From Phoronis australis (lineage: Eukaryota; Animalia; Phoronida), in NCBI GenBank assembly GCA_002633005.1, contig NMRA01000032.1:1-64000 (forward strand): DNA of 64,000 nucleotides. Reading direction: 5' to 3'. The translations under genes and the position numbers were made by a program. Numbering within the stretch: position 1 is the stretch's first letter; each line of letters opens with the position of its first letter. The notes under the pieces are model-generated. The model searched no databases. It was given only the letters and a program-made list of their open reading frames with translations, and had not been told where the DNA came from. This document shows, in pieces, positions 27,720 to 39,300 of the stretch.

Positions 27720-29200
27720 ACATTTAAGATATCTACACATATTAACTGCCTACAACTGTCTACTTGTCCACACCTACATTTTTAACAAACAGCCTGACTC
27801 AAGACTCATCCTCTGATTTTCAGCATATTTTTTAATCAAAGGGCTTTAAAAATCCCAAGAGTGATAAACCAAACAAGTACTTAAAATACCATTTCAAATC
27901 AATAAAAGTATACATCCAAGTCATAAAATCAAAAACAATAGAGTCCGCTTTTTTGTAACTATAGTAAGTAGAGAGGTGAACTTCAGGTAGCAATACAAAG
28001 GTATTACAAAACCATCAGGCATGGAGGATGAAATTGTGGTCATTATCAAGTATGCCCTCACCTAAGACCTTTACTAAAGCAGCACTGTACGGTGCTCAGC
28101 AGATGGGGTTGTTTCACTGGGCGTAGCTGTGATCTATTGGCTGGAAAAGTATCATTTACATTATAACAAATACAACAAGCAGGAAAAACATGTGGCATCA
28201 GCAATATTGTGTATGCAGCGTCACTCACTCTTTCCTATTAATGCAGCTAAGTAATCACCCTTCGGAGTAATGTTGCTTTGGAATAACGCCTGATTGATAT
28301 ATTTTTCAAGTAATGACCCTTCGGACTATAGGTCCTTCAAAGTAAAGACCTAAACCAATACAAGTCTACTGGACTAAGTTAACATCACAGCAATTCTCCT
28401 TAGTATTAAGATCCTCACATTTGCTGTTTATCACCTATCTCTTGGATCTGAATGTATAAACACAAAGTGAATTGAAGAAATGAAAGAAATTAGTTTAGAT
28501 CCAATCATAGAATAGAAACACAAGTTATCAGCAGGCCCTAAGTCATGAAGCACATGCAGGACAACTTCGTTTATTTTTTGAGAGGTGGGTCCCTCACTCA
28601 AAATTCATTTGAGAACCAGTTACTACCACTGAATAACGGGCGTAATTCATTGGGAGTAACTGGCTCTAAAATCAAGCACCCATCATCCCGGCCATGTATC
28701 TGATTACAACAATTTTGCTTTGAGTAATCAAATAAAAACCTTGAAACTTAAAGGTAAGACAAGTTCAAATCGCTCTGCCAACATCAATGGTTGACTGTCA
28801 GCATTTTCCCAAAAAGAATTCTTTGTATCACTCGTACATATCACCTGTCTTTGACTTTATGATTGGGGAGACGTGCAAGTTCCGATTTTGCAGCTGACTG
28901 TTGCTGCAGCGCTAAAGCACCTCTGATCCTCTTTTTAGGAACTGCAACTGCCACATCTTGTTTTGAAGTTACTTAACACAGCACCACCCTCAGAAGTATT
29001 AACTATGGTCTATATGAACTACATGATCAGATAAGATATCTTGTCTCTGTGACCACTGATAACGAGTATCAGCCATATCAGTTCCGTTTTTCGCACGCAC
29101 ACCCGCTAGACGTCTTTACGGTCCATGAACAAACAATGGCCGCCAGTGGCCGTCCAATAGGATTTCGCTAGGTGGAGCGTCTCCCTTTCTACGGTCTCTG
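27720..29200 (-). mobile_element. THAP-domain (P-element-like) transposon remnant B with several decayed exons
   Basis: Same CAGAGACCGTAG end with a ~110 bp shared terminus. CSNSQ..DR exon, then RSKR*VINSKCEDLNTK exon from 28447, then PIDHSYAQ exon from 28140. Confidence 0.6.
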
Positions 29201-30379
29201 CCTCAGACGTGAAATAACTTCCCCTCAATTCCGCGCATTCCCAAAAGGGTCAGAGTGGGAAGAAATTTCACGGGGAAGAAATTTCACGCGACACCTGTCC
29301 TACGATTTCACAAAACTACAGGAATAAAATAGGGGTATAATCGGTTCCAACAATTGGCATTCTTTCCGTGAGTGACCCCTTAAGAATACATCTATGTCAA
29401 TAAAAGCACGAATAGGGAGGTCACTTGAACTTTTCGGCCCCCTTCAAAACTGGGCTCCTGAACGATCTATATTTTCAAAAATCACAAAATGCGTAGCAAC
29501 TGAAGTTATCTGTCAGGTCATCAATTTATCTCAAGTGATATTCAATTTCAAAAAAAAGAAAGAAATAGAGCTACAGCTGTCTCTGTTATCCCTTGCCAGA
29601 GGGGCCTCTGGAAAAACAGAGTTTTGCATTCGCAAAATTGCCTTTTCGAATTTAAAATCCAATGTGCTCCGTAAAAGCTTCGCTTCAAAACTTTTCAAAA
29701 TACATTCAAGTATGAATGATTAAGTGCAGGTTTTCAAGTGCGTTTCGACGACCTATGCTGCAAAAACGGAGACGCTAACAACAATGTCCTGGAGCGGTAA
29801 ATCATTCACTGATACTGAGTTGTCATCCGTATTGGCACTACATGTAGTCACAGTTCTCTTTTCTCACTGTCCCCAAACCAGCCACACCTATGTGTGGTGG
29901 TACGGTTTGCCCCTGACTACGCTTGCATTTTTGGGGGTGGGAACGTGCCACCCGAATCCACGATCGAGCTAAATGCTCCCAAAAGCGCCGGTGCGGGTTT
30001 TCCTGATGTTAGCAAAAGGATGGGTACCGACTTTACCCTATCCCCAAAGTCACCAATCACGTGGTTTATGTCGTGCAACTGTTGCTTTTGGTTACCCTAG
30101 TTAGGGACGGTGGCAATCTTTTCAGCAAGAGGGGTTTGAGTTATTTTCAATTCTATTCTTGTTTGGAAAATTATTGTATTCTAATTTTTTTTTCTCGCTC
30201 ACGGCAGTTTTATCAACATAACTGCCAAATAAGAGAAGATTACAACCTGAGGGCGTTCCTCGTGAGCCGCTGTTTCGGAATTCGGATCTCAACTACTATT
30301 CAAACTAGTGACAAATAATAACTTTGTAAGACACCTAACGACCAAAATGGAGCTCAGACTCTATTCGAAATGGGTTTTG

Positions 30380-30566
30380 GCATATAGATATCGCATCGCA
30401 ATTAGATTGCAATGGGGCTATTCGGAAAATCTACAATAACTAGAGGGCGTGCGTGTACTAGTGGTGATAGATTAACAGCCTCGATTTCGCGAGCCCTTTA
30501 AATACATGGTGAAATGGCTTGCAGCCGTGCCAACTGAATCTGAGATTGCGTAAAAAGGGTGCTTCT
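30380..30566 (+). promoter_or_regulatory. Putative CEP350 promoter / 5'UTR
   Basis: Locally CpG-richer, with TTTCGCGAG (TCTCGCGAGA-like housekeeping motif) at about 30486, just upstream of the candidate first exon. Confidence 0.35.
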
Positions 30567-30598
30567 ATGAGAGGAAGTAAGCAAGACCTCATACAAAG
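30567..30598 (+). CDS. CEP350: Tentative CEP350 first exon (MRGSKQDLIQ..), or a 5'UTR exon with a uORF
   Basis: ATG followed by a strong AG|GTAAGG donor. Peptide resembles the vertebrate MRSSKSKE start. It ends in phase 2, so it only joins the next exon through a weak CAG acceptor at 36235-36237. Confidence 0.45.
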
Positions 30599-33500
30599 GT
30601 AAGGTTTGTGATTATTTTTCGATTATTCCATGATTATTCTACCGATGCCTGTTAACTGAGGCACTCGCCGATGTCGACTTAGCGGCAGTCAGTCGCCAGC
30701 CAGAGTCTGGTTAATCTTTATATATTGTGATCTGTGATACGATACTTGACGTAGCAATCGGGATCTTTTCGTACATCAAAGCATTATTATTGTTTGGAAT
30801 GATTTCTAAAAGTTTATCATCAATCAATGCTGAATGTTTATGCTGTCAACTCGATACAGGTTAATGAGTTAAGATTACAATCCAATCCCAATGGTAAAGG
30901 GTACGTGAGTGATAAATATCCATTGCATTAGACTATTTGTTTAATCCCTATCATATGTCTTTTGGCAATCTGTTACACGTTGAAATGGAAATCTATCACG
31001 TCAGTTTTCACGTAATCGTTGGTTTTTAGGTTTGAAGGCTTGTACCGTGCAGAGGAGATACGCTGTTTTGCTACTTGTATCAATTATAAAACCAGATATA
31101 TATTACATTTTCCGAATTCACAGTGACTGAATAGTCTTAACTCATGCCTTGAAATGTTGCAAGTCGTTATAAATTCAAATGACTGCCATTTTTGTGAAAA
31201 TTGCATTTTTGATGGTGCCTTACGATTTGTAATTACTCTTAAACAACAGAAAGATTATCCATCATTTTTAAATGACCCAAGTCTTCATATCTTCTATTAG
31301 AAGAAAAACGGTTCCCTCAACCTTAGGCTAGAAGTATGCTTGACAGACCCATGAACCTGTAATCTGAGTTTAAAATTGCTGAAAGTATCAAAATTAAAAA
31401 GGCTTGAAAATGGGTAACAAAGGTTTGAAGTTGTCTCAAAAAACTTGTATATTTTACAGACAAGTGATGCGTTTAAAGAATTGTTATGGCTAGGGATAAA
31501 AAATAAAGACACAGTTTTATGCAATACTCATTATATACACCCTTGGTTTCTGAAAATAGTAATTATTTACTTTTATGTGAAACTGTAGACCAATCACCAT
31601 ATATTTTTGAAAAACAGGGATAACATTTTTGATCCAATCTGGAGTACTTAATTATTCATATTTCAATATTTGTTCCAGGTTCAGTGACATTTTAAGGCCA
31701 CTTCAAGCTGTATCATAGACAAGCTTTGTTACTCCGTTCTCTTCCCACAGCACTTCCACACACCAGCAGTGCTGCATGGCACAATGTGCAAGTCAGTGGC
31801 CCTGGAGAAATGTGAATCGCAGTACTAAGTTACCATAAGACAATGTGCCAGTGGAGTGTCTGTGTATCCAGACGAACTATATCTGACTGCTACACAAATA
31901 AGCCTTGTTGGTGAGGATGCCCTTTCATAGGCAATGAGTCATGTGTGGACAATAGCTTATTTCCTTTCCTGGAAGAAACATGAGGGACTGAAGCTAAAGA
32001 AGACCTAGTCACACTCTGGTCTAGTTCAGAGTCTGATTTTGGGCTCAAAACGATTCAAGTGATATGCTGCTGTGTTTACCTTCAAGGGTCTAATTGTGGA
32101 TGTTATTGAGGCTGAATGAGGTTACATGAAAGAAAGCCACGTGTTGAAACTGGACCTTTTTTACAAGCGCTTCTATAGGCCATTGAAACTAGAACCCAGT
32201 GAAATGAAAGCCAAAAGCTGAGTGACATTAAATTTTCCTTTCAGAAGAAAGGCTTTATACTATTGGTAAAAACTTTTCAATTTGGTACAGATTATGGGGA
32301 AATGACATTCAGTGACTGCATCGATTGTCTTATTGTATGTTTTCAATTGTAGCTAGCTGCTATGCACAAGATTCGAGAATAAACAATTATCAGTGTATTT
32401 AAAAACAAATGGCAAACTGAAAAAGCACAGAAAGAAACAATATTGCGAGGGAGTCCATAATCAGGCATATCAGGTGCTGAATTACTGAATTACGTTCAAT
32501 TCTCTCAGGTTATTGCTGAAGGATTGCTTTTCACTTTGTCCAACGGTGAAATAGATGGTCAGGCGGTTGGTTTCAGTTGTTTTTTCTTGCCTGTAACAGA
32601 ATAGAAATATTAGCAAATTGTAAAAGAAAAGACAAGACAAAACTACTTTTGTAAGGCAGAACATACTTGACATTTCATCTTCATGTTTATGTGTAGAAAC
32701 TAATAACCTTTGTACCCAAGTCTTATTTAATATCTGAATTAAAATATGTGAAACAGGCTAAAAGTGATTTAACAATGTGTATTTTTCATGACACTTAAAA
32801 TGTGCTTCTGATCTCAACAAGTAAAATTCATTCTAGGTGTCAATTTTTTTCCAATGCAATGTTACGACATTTACTGAATTAAGGCTTATTCATGTTAATT
32901 CGATAACTGAGCTGGTGGTCCTGGGGGTGGGGTCCACGATAAAATAAGGAAACTCACTCATCTAGAGAATTTTATTGGAAACAGCATAGTTTTGAAGAGA
33001 AACTGCTGTGAAAAAGTCACTCTTGACTTCTGTGCATCACGTACCATACACCTCTTATTTTGGGAGCACTCCCACCCAGGACAATATGAATATGTGCTGC
33101 TAGCCTACCCGGCATCGGGTGAGTTTCCAAAAAGAAACACTTAGTTCCACTCAATAAAACTGTTATTCAGTGGGGTAACTGGTGGGGATAACATCACCGA
33201 ACGATGTTGATAGAAACTGATTGCTAAAAACTTACCAAGTAATGTTGTGTAGTCTCCGAATGGAACTGCATAGTCATAGACATAGAGCACACACGGGCGT
33301 TCAGCATCCACACACTTTTTGTCAGTTAGTTGACCCTGTTGACCGCAATTGTCCACGAATATAGTAACCTTAGGTCTTTTGGGAATTTCTGGCAACCTGT
33401 CGAAGACTTGCACCAGCGAAATTAGCAGTAATAAGGCTTAGCGCGACGACGTATTTTGATAAAAATTCCATCTTTTACCAGTTGTTTACATGCAGACAGC

Positions 33501-34024
33501 CACGCATGCGCAATTTAATCACCACTAGTACAGCAGCGACACCGCGAGGAGAATTCTCCGAATAGCCCCATTGGAGTAATCGTCGCACCTCAGTCGAGAA
33601 AGGTCTTACGGCTGCCACGCTCAGTGCTGCATGTCGGGAAGTGAACGACACTAGTGTTCTATCGTAACCGTTAGGTGTCGCCACAAATATATATTCGGCA
33701 CCAGGTGGCACTCTCAAAACAGAAATAATAATGGCGCTCAAGTTGGATTCCGTTTCATTTATATACAGTGATGGGTAGTTTTTGCTCAGTTGGCGAACTA
33801 GTAAGGTGCGATTTGCATAATATTTTAATCACTCGAAAACTTTATGCTAAAAAGTGCTATGCTATTTTATTTTAAACCAGTATGTTGTTTTTCTTTGCAG
33901 TATTAATATACCATATTCATAATCGTCCATTGCTTTCCTGCACACTGTCACTGTCACTGGCCTCTGGCTCTAGGCTCAGGCCTCACTCACTCTCTCATAA
34001 TCACACATTCTAGTCAGAGTGATA

Positions 34025-34605
34025 GACAGTGGCCACCGTCTATAGTTGTACTACAGATGGTGTAGCTCCTATGGGAGCTTCATATGCTGGAAGCTTTTCG
34101 GCAAACTATGCCTCACGCTGACTAAAACATCAAAGTCATGTTGTTATAAATACCTTTTCCAATAGAGGGACAACTTAGGCTTAGGAGGCTGTCGATGTCT
34201 TTAATTCCTTCCAACTTCAACAGATACTCCCATTATCAAGCTTTTTCTTTGAGCAGCACTCCGTTCAGTTCCCAAAATTGGTAACTGGCCGTCTCTGCCT
34301 CTGGGCTCGCTGGGGAGATATGACTTCATATGAATCATACCACCTGCCGCGCGCAGTGTTAAAAATTACTAGTTTCCAATTTTTGGAATTGAACAAATGA
34401 CTGCTCGAAAAAAAACTTTGACAATGGGAATATTTGTTCGAGTTGGGAGGAATTAAATACATCAACAGCTTCTTAAGGTATCCCTCTTTGTGCAAAAGGT
34501 ATTTTATTTCAACCTGGCATAATTCACCAAAAAGCTTCTGGCGTATGAGGCTCCTGTAAGAGCTACACCCTCTGTAGTTCAACTAGAGATGGTGGTCACT
34601 GTCTA
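34025..34605. mobile_element. ~580 bp foldback (near-palindromic) MITE
   Basis: Left half is an imperfect reverse complement of the right half, centred near 34325. Confidence 0.8.
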
Positions 34606-35318
34606 AAAGAGTGACAGACAATGAGACGCAGTAAGTTAGCCATGTTTTATCTAGATTCTTTAAGTGCAAGATTTGACAAAGTGCAGTTATTACAGGGCTC
34701 GACGCTATGAAAATCGCCAGGTCGCATTTTGCGACCAAGCCAAAATCCTAGGTCGCATTTTCAAAATTCAGCTCGCATTCATAAATTCCAGGTCGCGAAA
34801 ATTTCCTGCCATTTTTACGGACCAAAATTGGCTTTTACGTCATAAGAAAATGCCTAGATTATGCTCTTGCGACGTTAAATACTCAAAAATTTCATGTCGC
34901 AAAACTGAGTTCTTACAAGCATATCATGCATGCACCGCGTTACCATTCTTCACTGGCGCCATCCAGTGAAAGACCCTGGAGCGCAAGGCAGTTGCCGACG
35001 TGAAAGTTAAATCAGTGCTCTCTAACCGACACATGNCCAATCCCACTGCATCGTGTCTACCAACACGCAAGTTTCTTTTACAAACTTGTGCTATTTTCAC
35101 GCTTCCCTGGTGTCCTGCAGGAAAGTGAAAAGCGACAGCTTAGTCAAATACTGAGCTTTCATAACCACTGCAAATGTAGTGCTTCATCGTTCTTCTTTAT
35201 TATTTTGCAAACCATGGGTAAAACAAGCTGCATTATCATGACAACTTTTCATGGGGGATTCAACGGGGGATTCTTGCAGTGATTGGTTGTCCTGATTCTA
35301 TATAGCATGTATCATCCA

Positions 35319-35813
35319 CAGGGCTTGGAATTTTCCGCGGAAACGCGGATTTCCGCTTTTTCAAATGTGCTTTCCGCTTTTTTATAATATTTCCTCGTAA
35401 AAAAATCGAATTTGATATAAAATTTCCACGGCAAATTACTTTCTTACCGCGGCGTTGCCGACGACTTTCACCTCGAAAAGTGGAATTTGCTCTTTATGTT
35501 TCGGAGGAACGTAAATTGTCAACATTGCCGGGGCACCTGGAATAGCGTGGTAGGATTTTCAATGGCGTCTCGTGTGATTGTAAACCGCGGTGACAAATAC
35601 TACGGCTCTGCAGCCAAAAATGTGGGGGTGGGAGTGGATGGTCGATTTCAAAAGACGCAGACGCATGCAACTGATGGTGGTAACGTTTTTTTTTTTAGTC
35701 CTCCCGATTTTTGTCGGCGAAAGGTTCACATTGGCTATTTCAATTCTGGGTAGGGCGCATGTTTTAGGCCGTAAAAGTTTCCGCGTTTTTGTCATTGGTC
35801 ATTCCAAGCCCTG
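35319..35813. mobile_element. hAT-like MITE (TIR CAGGGCTTGGAA) with 27-bp flanking direct repeat
   Basis: Perfect TIRs. Flanks 35292-35318 and 35814-35840 match at 25 of 27 positions. Confidence 0.8.
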
Positions 35814-36217
35814 CTGATTCTATATAGTATGTATCCTCCAATAGATACTCTGGTAACTTGAGGCCAGCTAGTTCACAAATCATCCGATAATTCTAGGTGT
35901 TCTAACCTTACACCTTATTGATTGGTTTGTTTTTTATATGAAAGTGATGATTTTAAACACTTTAAACAGAAAGCCAATACATGATCCATGATTATTTAAT
36001 ATTATTTTGCAAATCTAAACATTATAGCCATGAAAGAAAGGCTGTTTTCATGTAATGTTACAATAACTAATATATGCAGGTGCGATTGTGAAGAACTTTA
36101 TAAACAATTATGGGCATCTCAAGGATGTTTGTCCTATCAACTCTGCATCTGTTGCAAGATAATTGCACCATCTGTTGTCTCTACAAAATATATATCATGT
36201 CATGTTATATGATGCAG

Positions 36218-36349
36218 ATGAGACGTACAGAGCACAGAATCGAGGACTCGTTGCGTCCCCTTGTGCCACTGGACAAAGATAGGTCACCGCTGCGAGACAA
36301 TATGGTTCTCGTTGATCGACTACCAAGATACAAAGTGGGCGATGATCTG
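36218..36349 (+). CDS. CEP350: CEP350 exon (MRRTEHRIEDSLRP..DRSPLRDN..VGDDL); start may be 36238
   Basis: CAG acceptor and CTG|GTAATT donor, phase 0, in frame with the next exon. Confidence 0.65.
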
Positions 36350-39300
36350 GTAATTTTTTTGTATTGCTAAAAGGTGGCGTGAAAGTAGCAGTGTTCAATG
36401 TCAAGATTGACAATTAGACAATGTTTTTTCAGTAATTGGTCAATTATGAAAGTTCGATGAGCTAAACAAAAGCTCATTCAATAAAAACTTCGAAGTTTGA
36501 GAAATTAGAACATGCTAATTTTTTCTCACACTGGCTCTGTTCCTTTATTTTGAATCGTTTTTGTTACATGTGATCGATATTTTGATGTCAATATGTCAAT
36601 GTTGCGAGATATTTATATTGGCCAGGAAATTGTCCTTTTATTCTTCTCCAAAAATATACTTTGGCTTTGCGGTTCCTACGATTATAATTATACAAAATGA
36701 AATGAAATCGTGGCAGTGAATCTCACACGCCTCTCTCTTTCAAAGAACAACGCATGCCATGGTTTTCTAGTTTTTGAAGGGTTGCTCGCTAGGCATTAGA
36801 TACATCAAGCCTCACCAGACTTAGTAATTATTTTTGGGTGTCTGCATTAAAACTCATTGTGCAATCATGGTGAATCATGAGTATTAGGGTGATAGTCAGC
36901 AGTTTGCACAGTAGGGGTACACAACTGTGGGTTGAATGCTCAGACTGGTGCCCATCATTGTGGATAAATGTCACTGAAACGGAGAAGGCAGTGCAGTATT
37001 TCGGGATGTCTTCGGTGTAACCTGTATTTTCTTTCCTATTTACTGACTAATTTTGAAATGTGTAAGTAAGTTGATCAATAAATAACTTAAAGTCAATGAA
37101 TTAATAAAAACCTATGAAACTAGTGAAGAATAGCATTCCCAACAAGTTAACGTTTTCAAGTGATAGCAGAAAAACTGTTTCGTGAATTGCCCTGTCACTC
37201 TGTGTGTTTCTCTATTGTCACAACAGCAGTGACATTCTCTAAGTGTCTCAGAGCTGTTATAAACCCGCCTCTTGCCATAAAAGTATCTACTGACTTGGAT
37301 CACATACAATCACAGAAGTGGTCTGGCATTGGTCCTTACTCAAATTAGTGGGGAATTCTGTGCTTATCAAGAACTGGCAGGTTGCCGTTATTTCTTGAAA
37401 ATATGTTTGACATTATTGGTTATTTTGTGTGTTAAACTCATTGTCAGTGAATGAAAAACTGCTGCATCTTCAGTGTTCTCCACATCTGAAAAGCTAAACA
37501 GGTTGCACGCGTAAAAACTGCAACGTGCCGGAACCGCGCGGCGGTCAATGTTCTCCATAAGCTAGTGTGCAGTTTTTTGTGCACCTTATTTTTACCCACT
37601 CATTTTAATAGTAATGCATAGTAGTGCAAACAAATAACTGTGTGTATTCAACTTTTTATTTTTAAAAGTTGGACTTATTTACAAACATATCACATATGTC
37701 ATAACCCATTTGCTTAGTCAATGACTTTGAAATGGAAGTCTACAGAGTGTTTGATACAGTATGGGGAAATGTTTTAGGCTACTCAATAATGATGTCAATG
37801 TCAACTAAGTACAAAAAGTCTAACACAGAAGTAAACTTTTCCTATGACGTAGACAGTCCAAGTGAAGTGTCTTTGTTAAGTCAGTCACATTTTTATGTCT
37901 TGATAGCAGAGTTTACGTTTTCTCTCAGTCTGTACGTGTAATATCTTGCACATTCTTACAGTCTGAATTCGATGTTCTGAAGCTGGTACAACATATTGCA
38001 CTTCTGCACTACCAGAACTCTTGTAAAAACTGCACAATACGCGAGTCCCCCTTGAATGCAAATTAGGTAGGGTAAACAAAACAATTCACTTGCGTTTTCC
38101 ATCTAGGCCTACTTGGACGGGAGTGTCAGGCCTGTTGATGACAACCAATATTTCTAAAAAGATATCAACTGAATTATCAAACGCTTGGAACTATAGAATT
38201 CCCATAATTTTCTGGATTGTCACAAACTCATTCTTCCAGATGAAAATCATCTATTCTCATGTTAGAGCGAATTGTATTCATTTGTATTGCCGATGTCTGA
38301 CGTTGTCGGCAAAAATTCGGTTCACCGTTTGTGACACGGATATCTTCGATTCGTTGACCGAGCCCGGCAATATCACCACCATCTGGCCCTGGATTATCTG
38401 TCGTATCTGCATCTGAGTCAACGTCAGTATCTGAAACATCTCTCGGTTTTTAAAATAATCCTTAGGTTTAGCGGTGCTTCGCTTTCGCGCGGCAGACGAC
38501 ATTTCTAAGTATGTAGAATGCGCATGTCAATTGGTAACGGAAGCCAGGATAGAATTCACTAACGTAAGGACCAAGCTAGGTAAACAAAACTCTGCGAGAT
38601 TACGCGAGATATTACCGCTTGATTTCAATGAGAGCACGTGATTTTGGCTGCAATTTCTCAGCGCGAAACACATATACTTTGAACTTTACTCAGTGACGTC
38701 ACCCGCTGTCCCAAATCTCGGAATACTCCCCCAAAACCGCAAACGTCACAGCCACTATCGAAGTTGAGTTTGCAAACGGCTCGGCAGATTTTTAGAGGGA
38801 GTATGCGGCACAAACATAATGTTCATGCTGCCAACGAAACTCCTTATAAGGCAACGAGATGAACTCAGTCAATCTCAATGGGCCGGTGGCACAAAAAGTA
38901 ACCAATAATATTCATCTAAGTGAGAAATACACAAACAACAACCAATGAGAACCATCAAAGGCAGTTTCATGCAAATGTTTTTGAGACTGGTATCGGTAAA
39001 GTCTGTCGTGGAGCCCACGGAATATTGAAAAATGTGCTTCGAAAACCAAAATTCTGGCCTCCCAGAAGACGGCCATTGCATAAACTGCTGCGGAACGGTG
39101 TCTTTGCTGACAACAAATACTTCGCAGAACTAACCACCGAGCCTTAATTATTTTATTTTCAATGGGTATTATGATTAGTTCTCCGCCGAACACAAAAAGG
39201 TGACTGCAAAAGCGAAAAGGCCTAACGCAACGATCAGCGACTTTCGTTCCGGACTGCACCTTCACTGAGCAGGTAGTGGATTAGGCTTATAGGATAGGTA

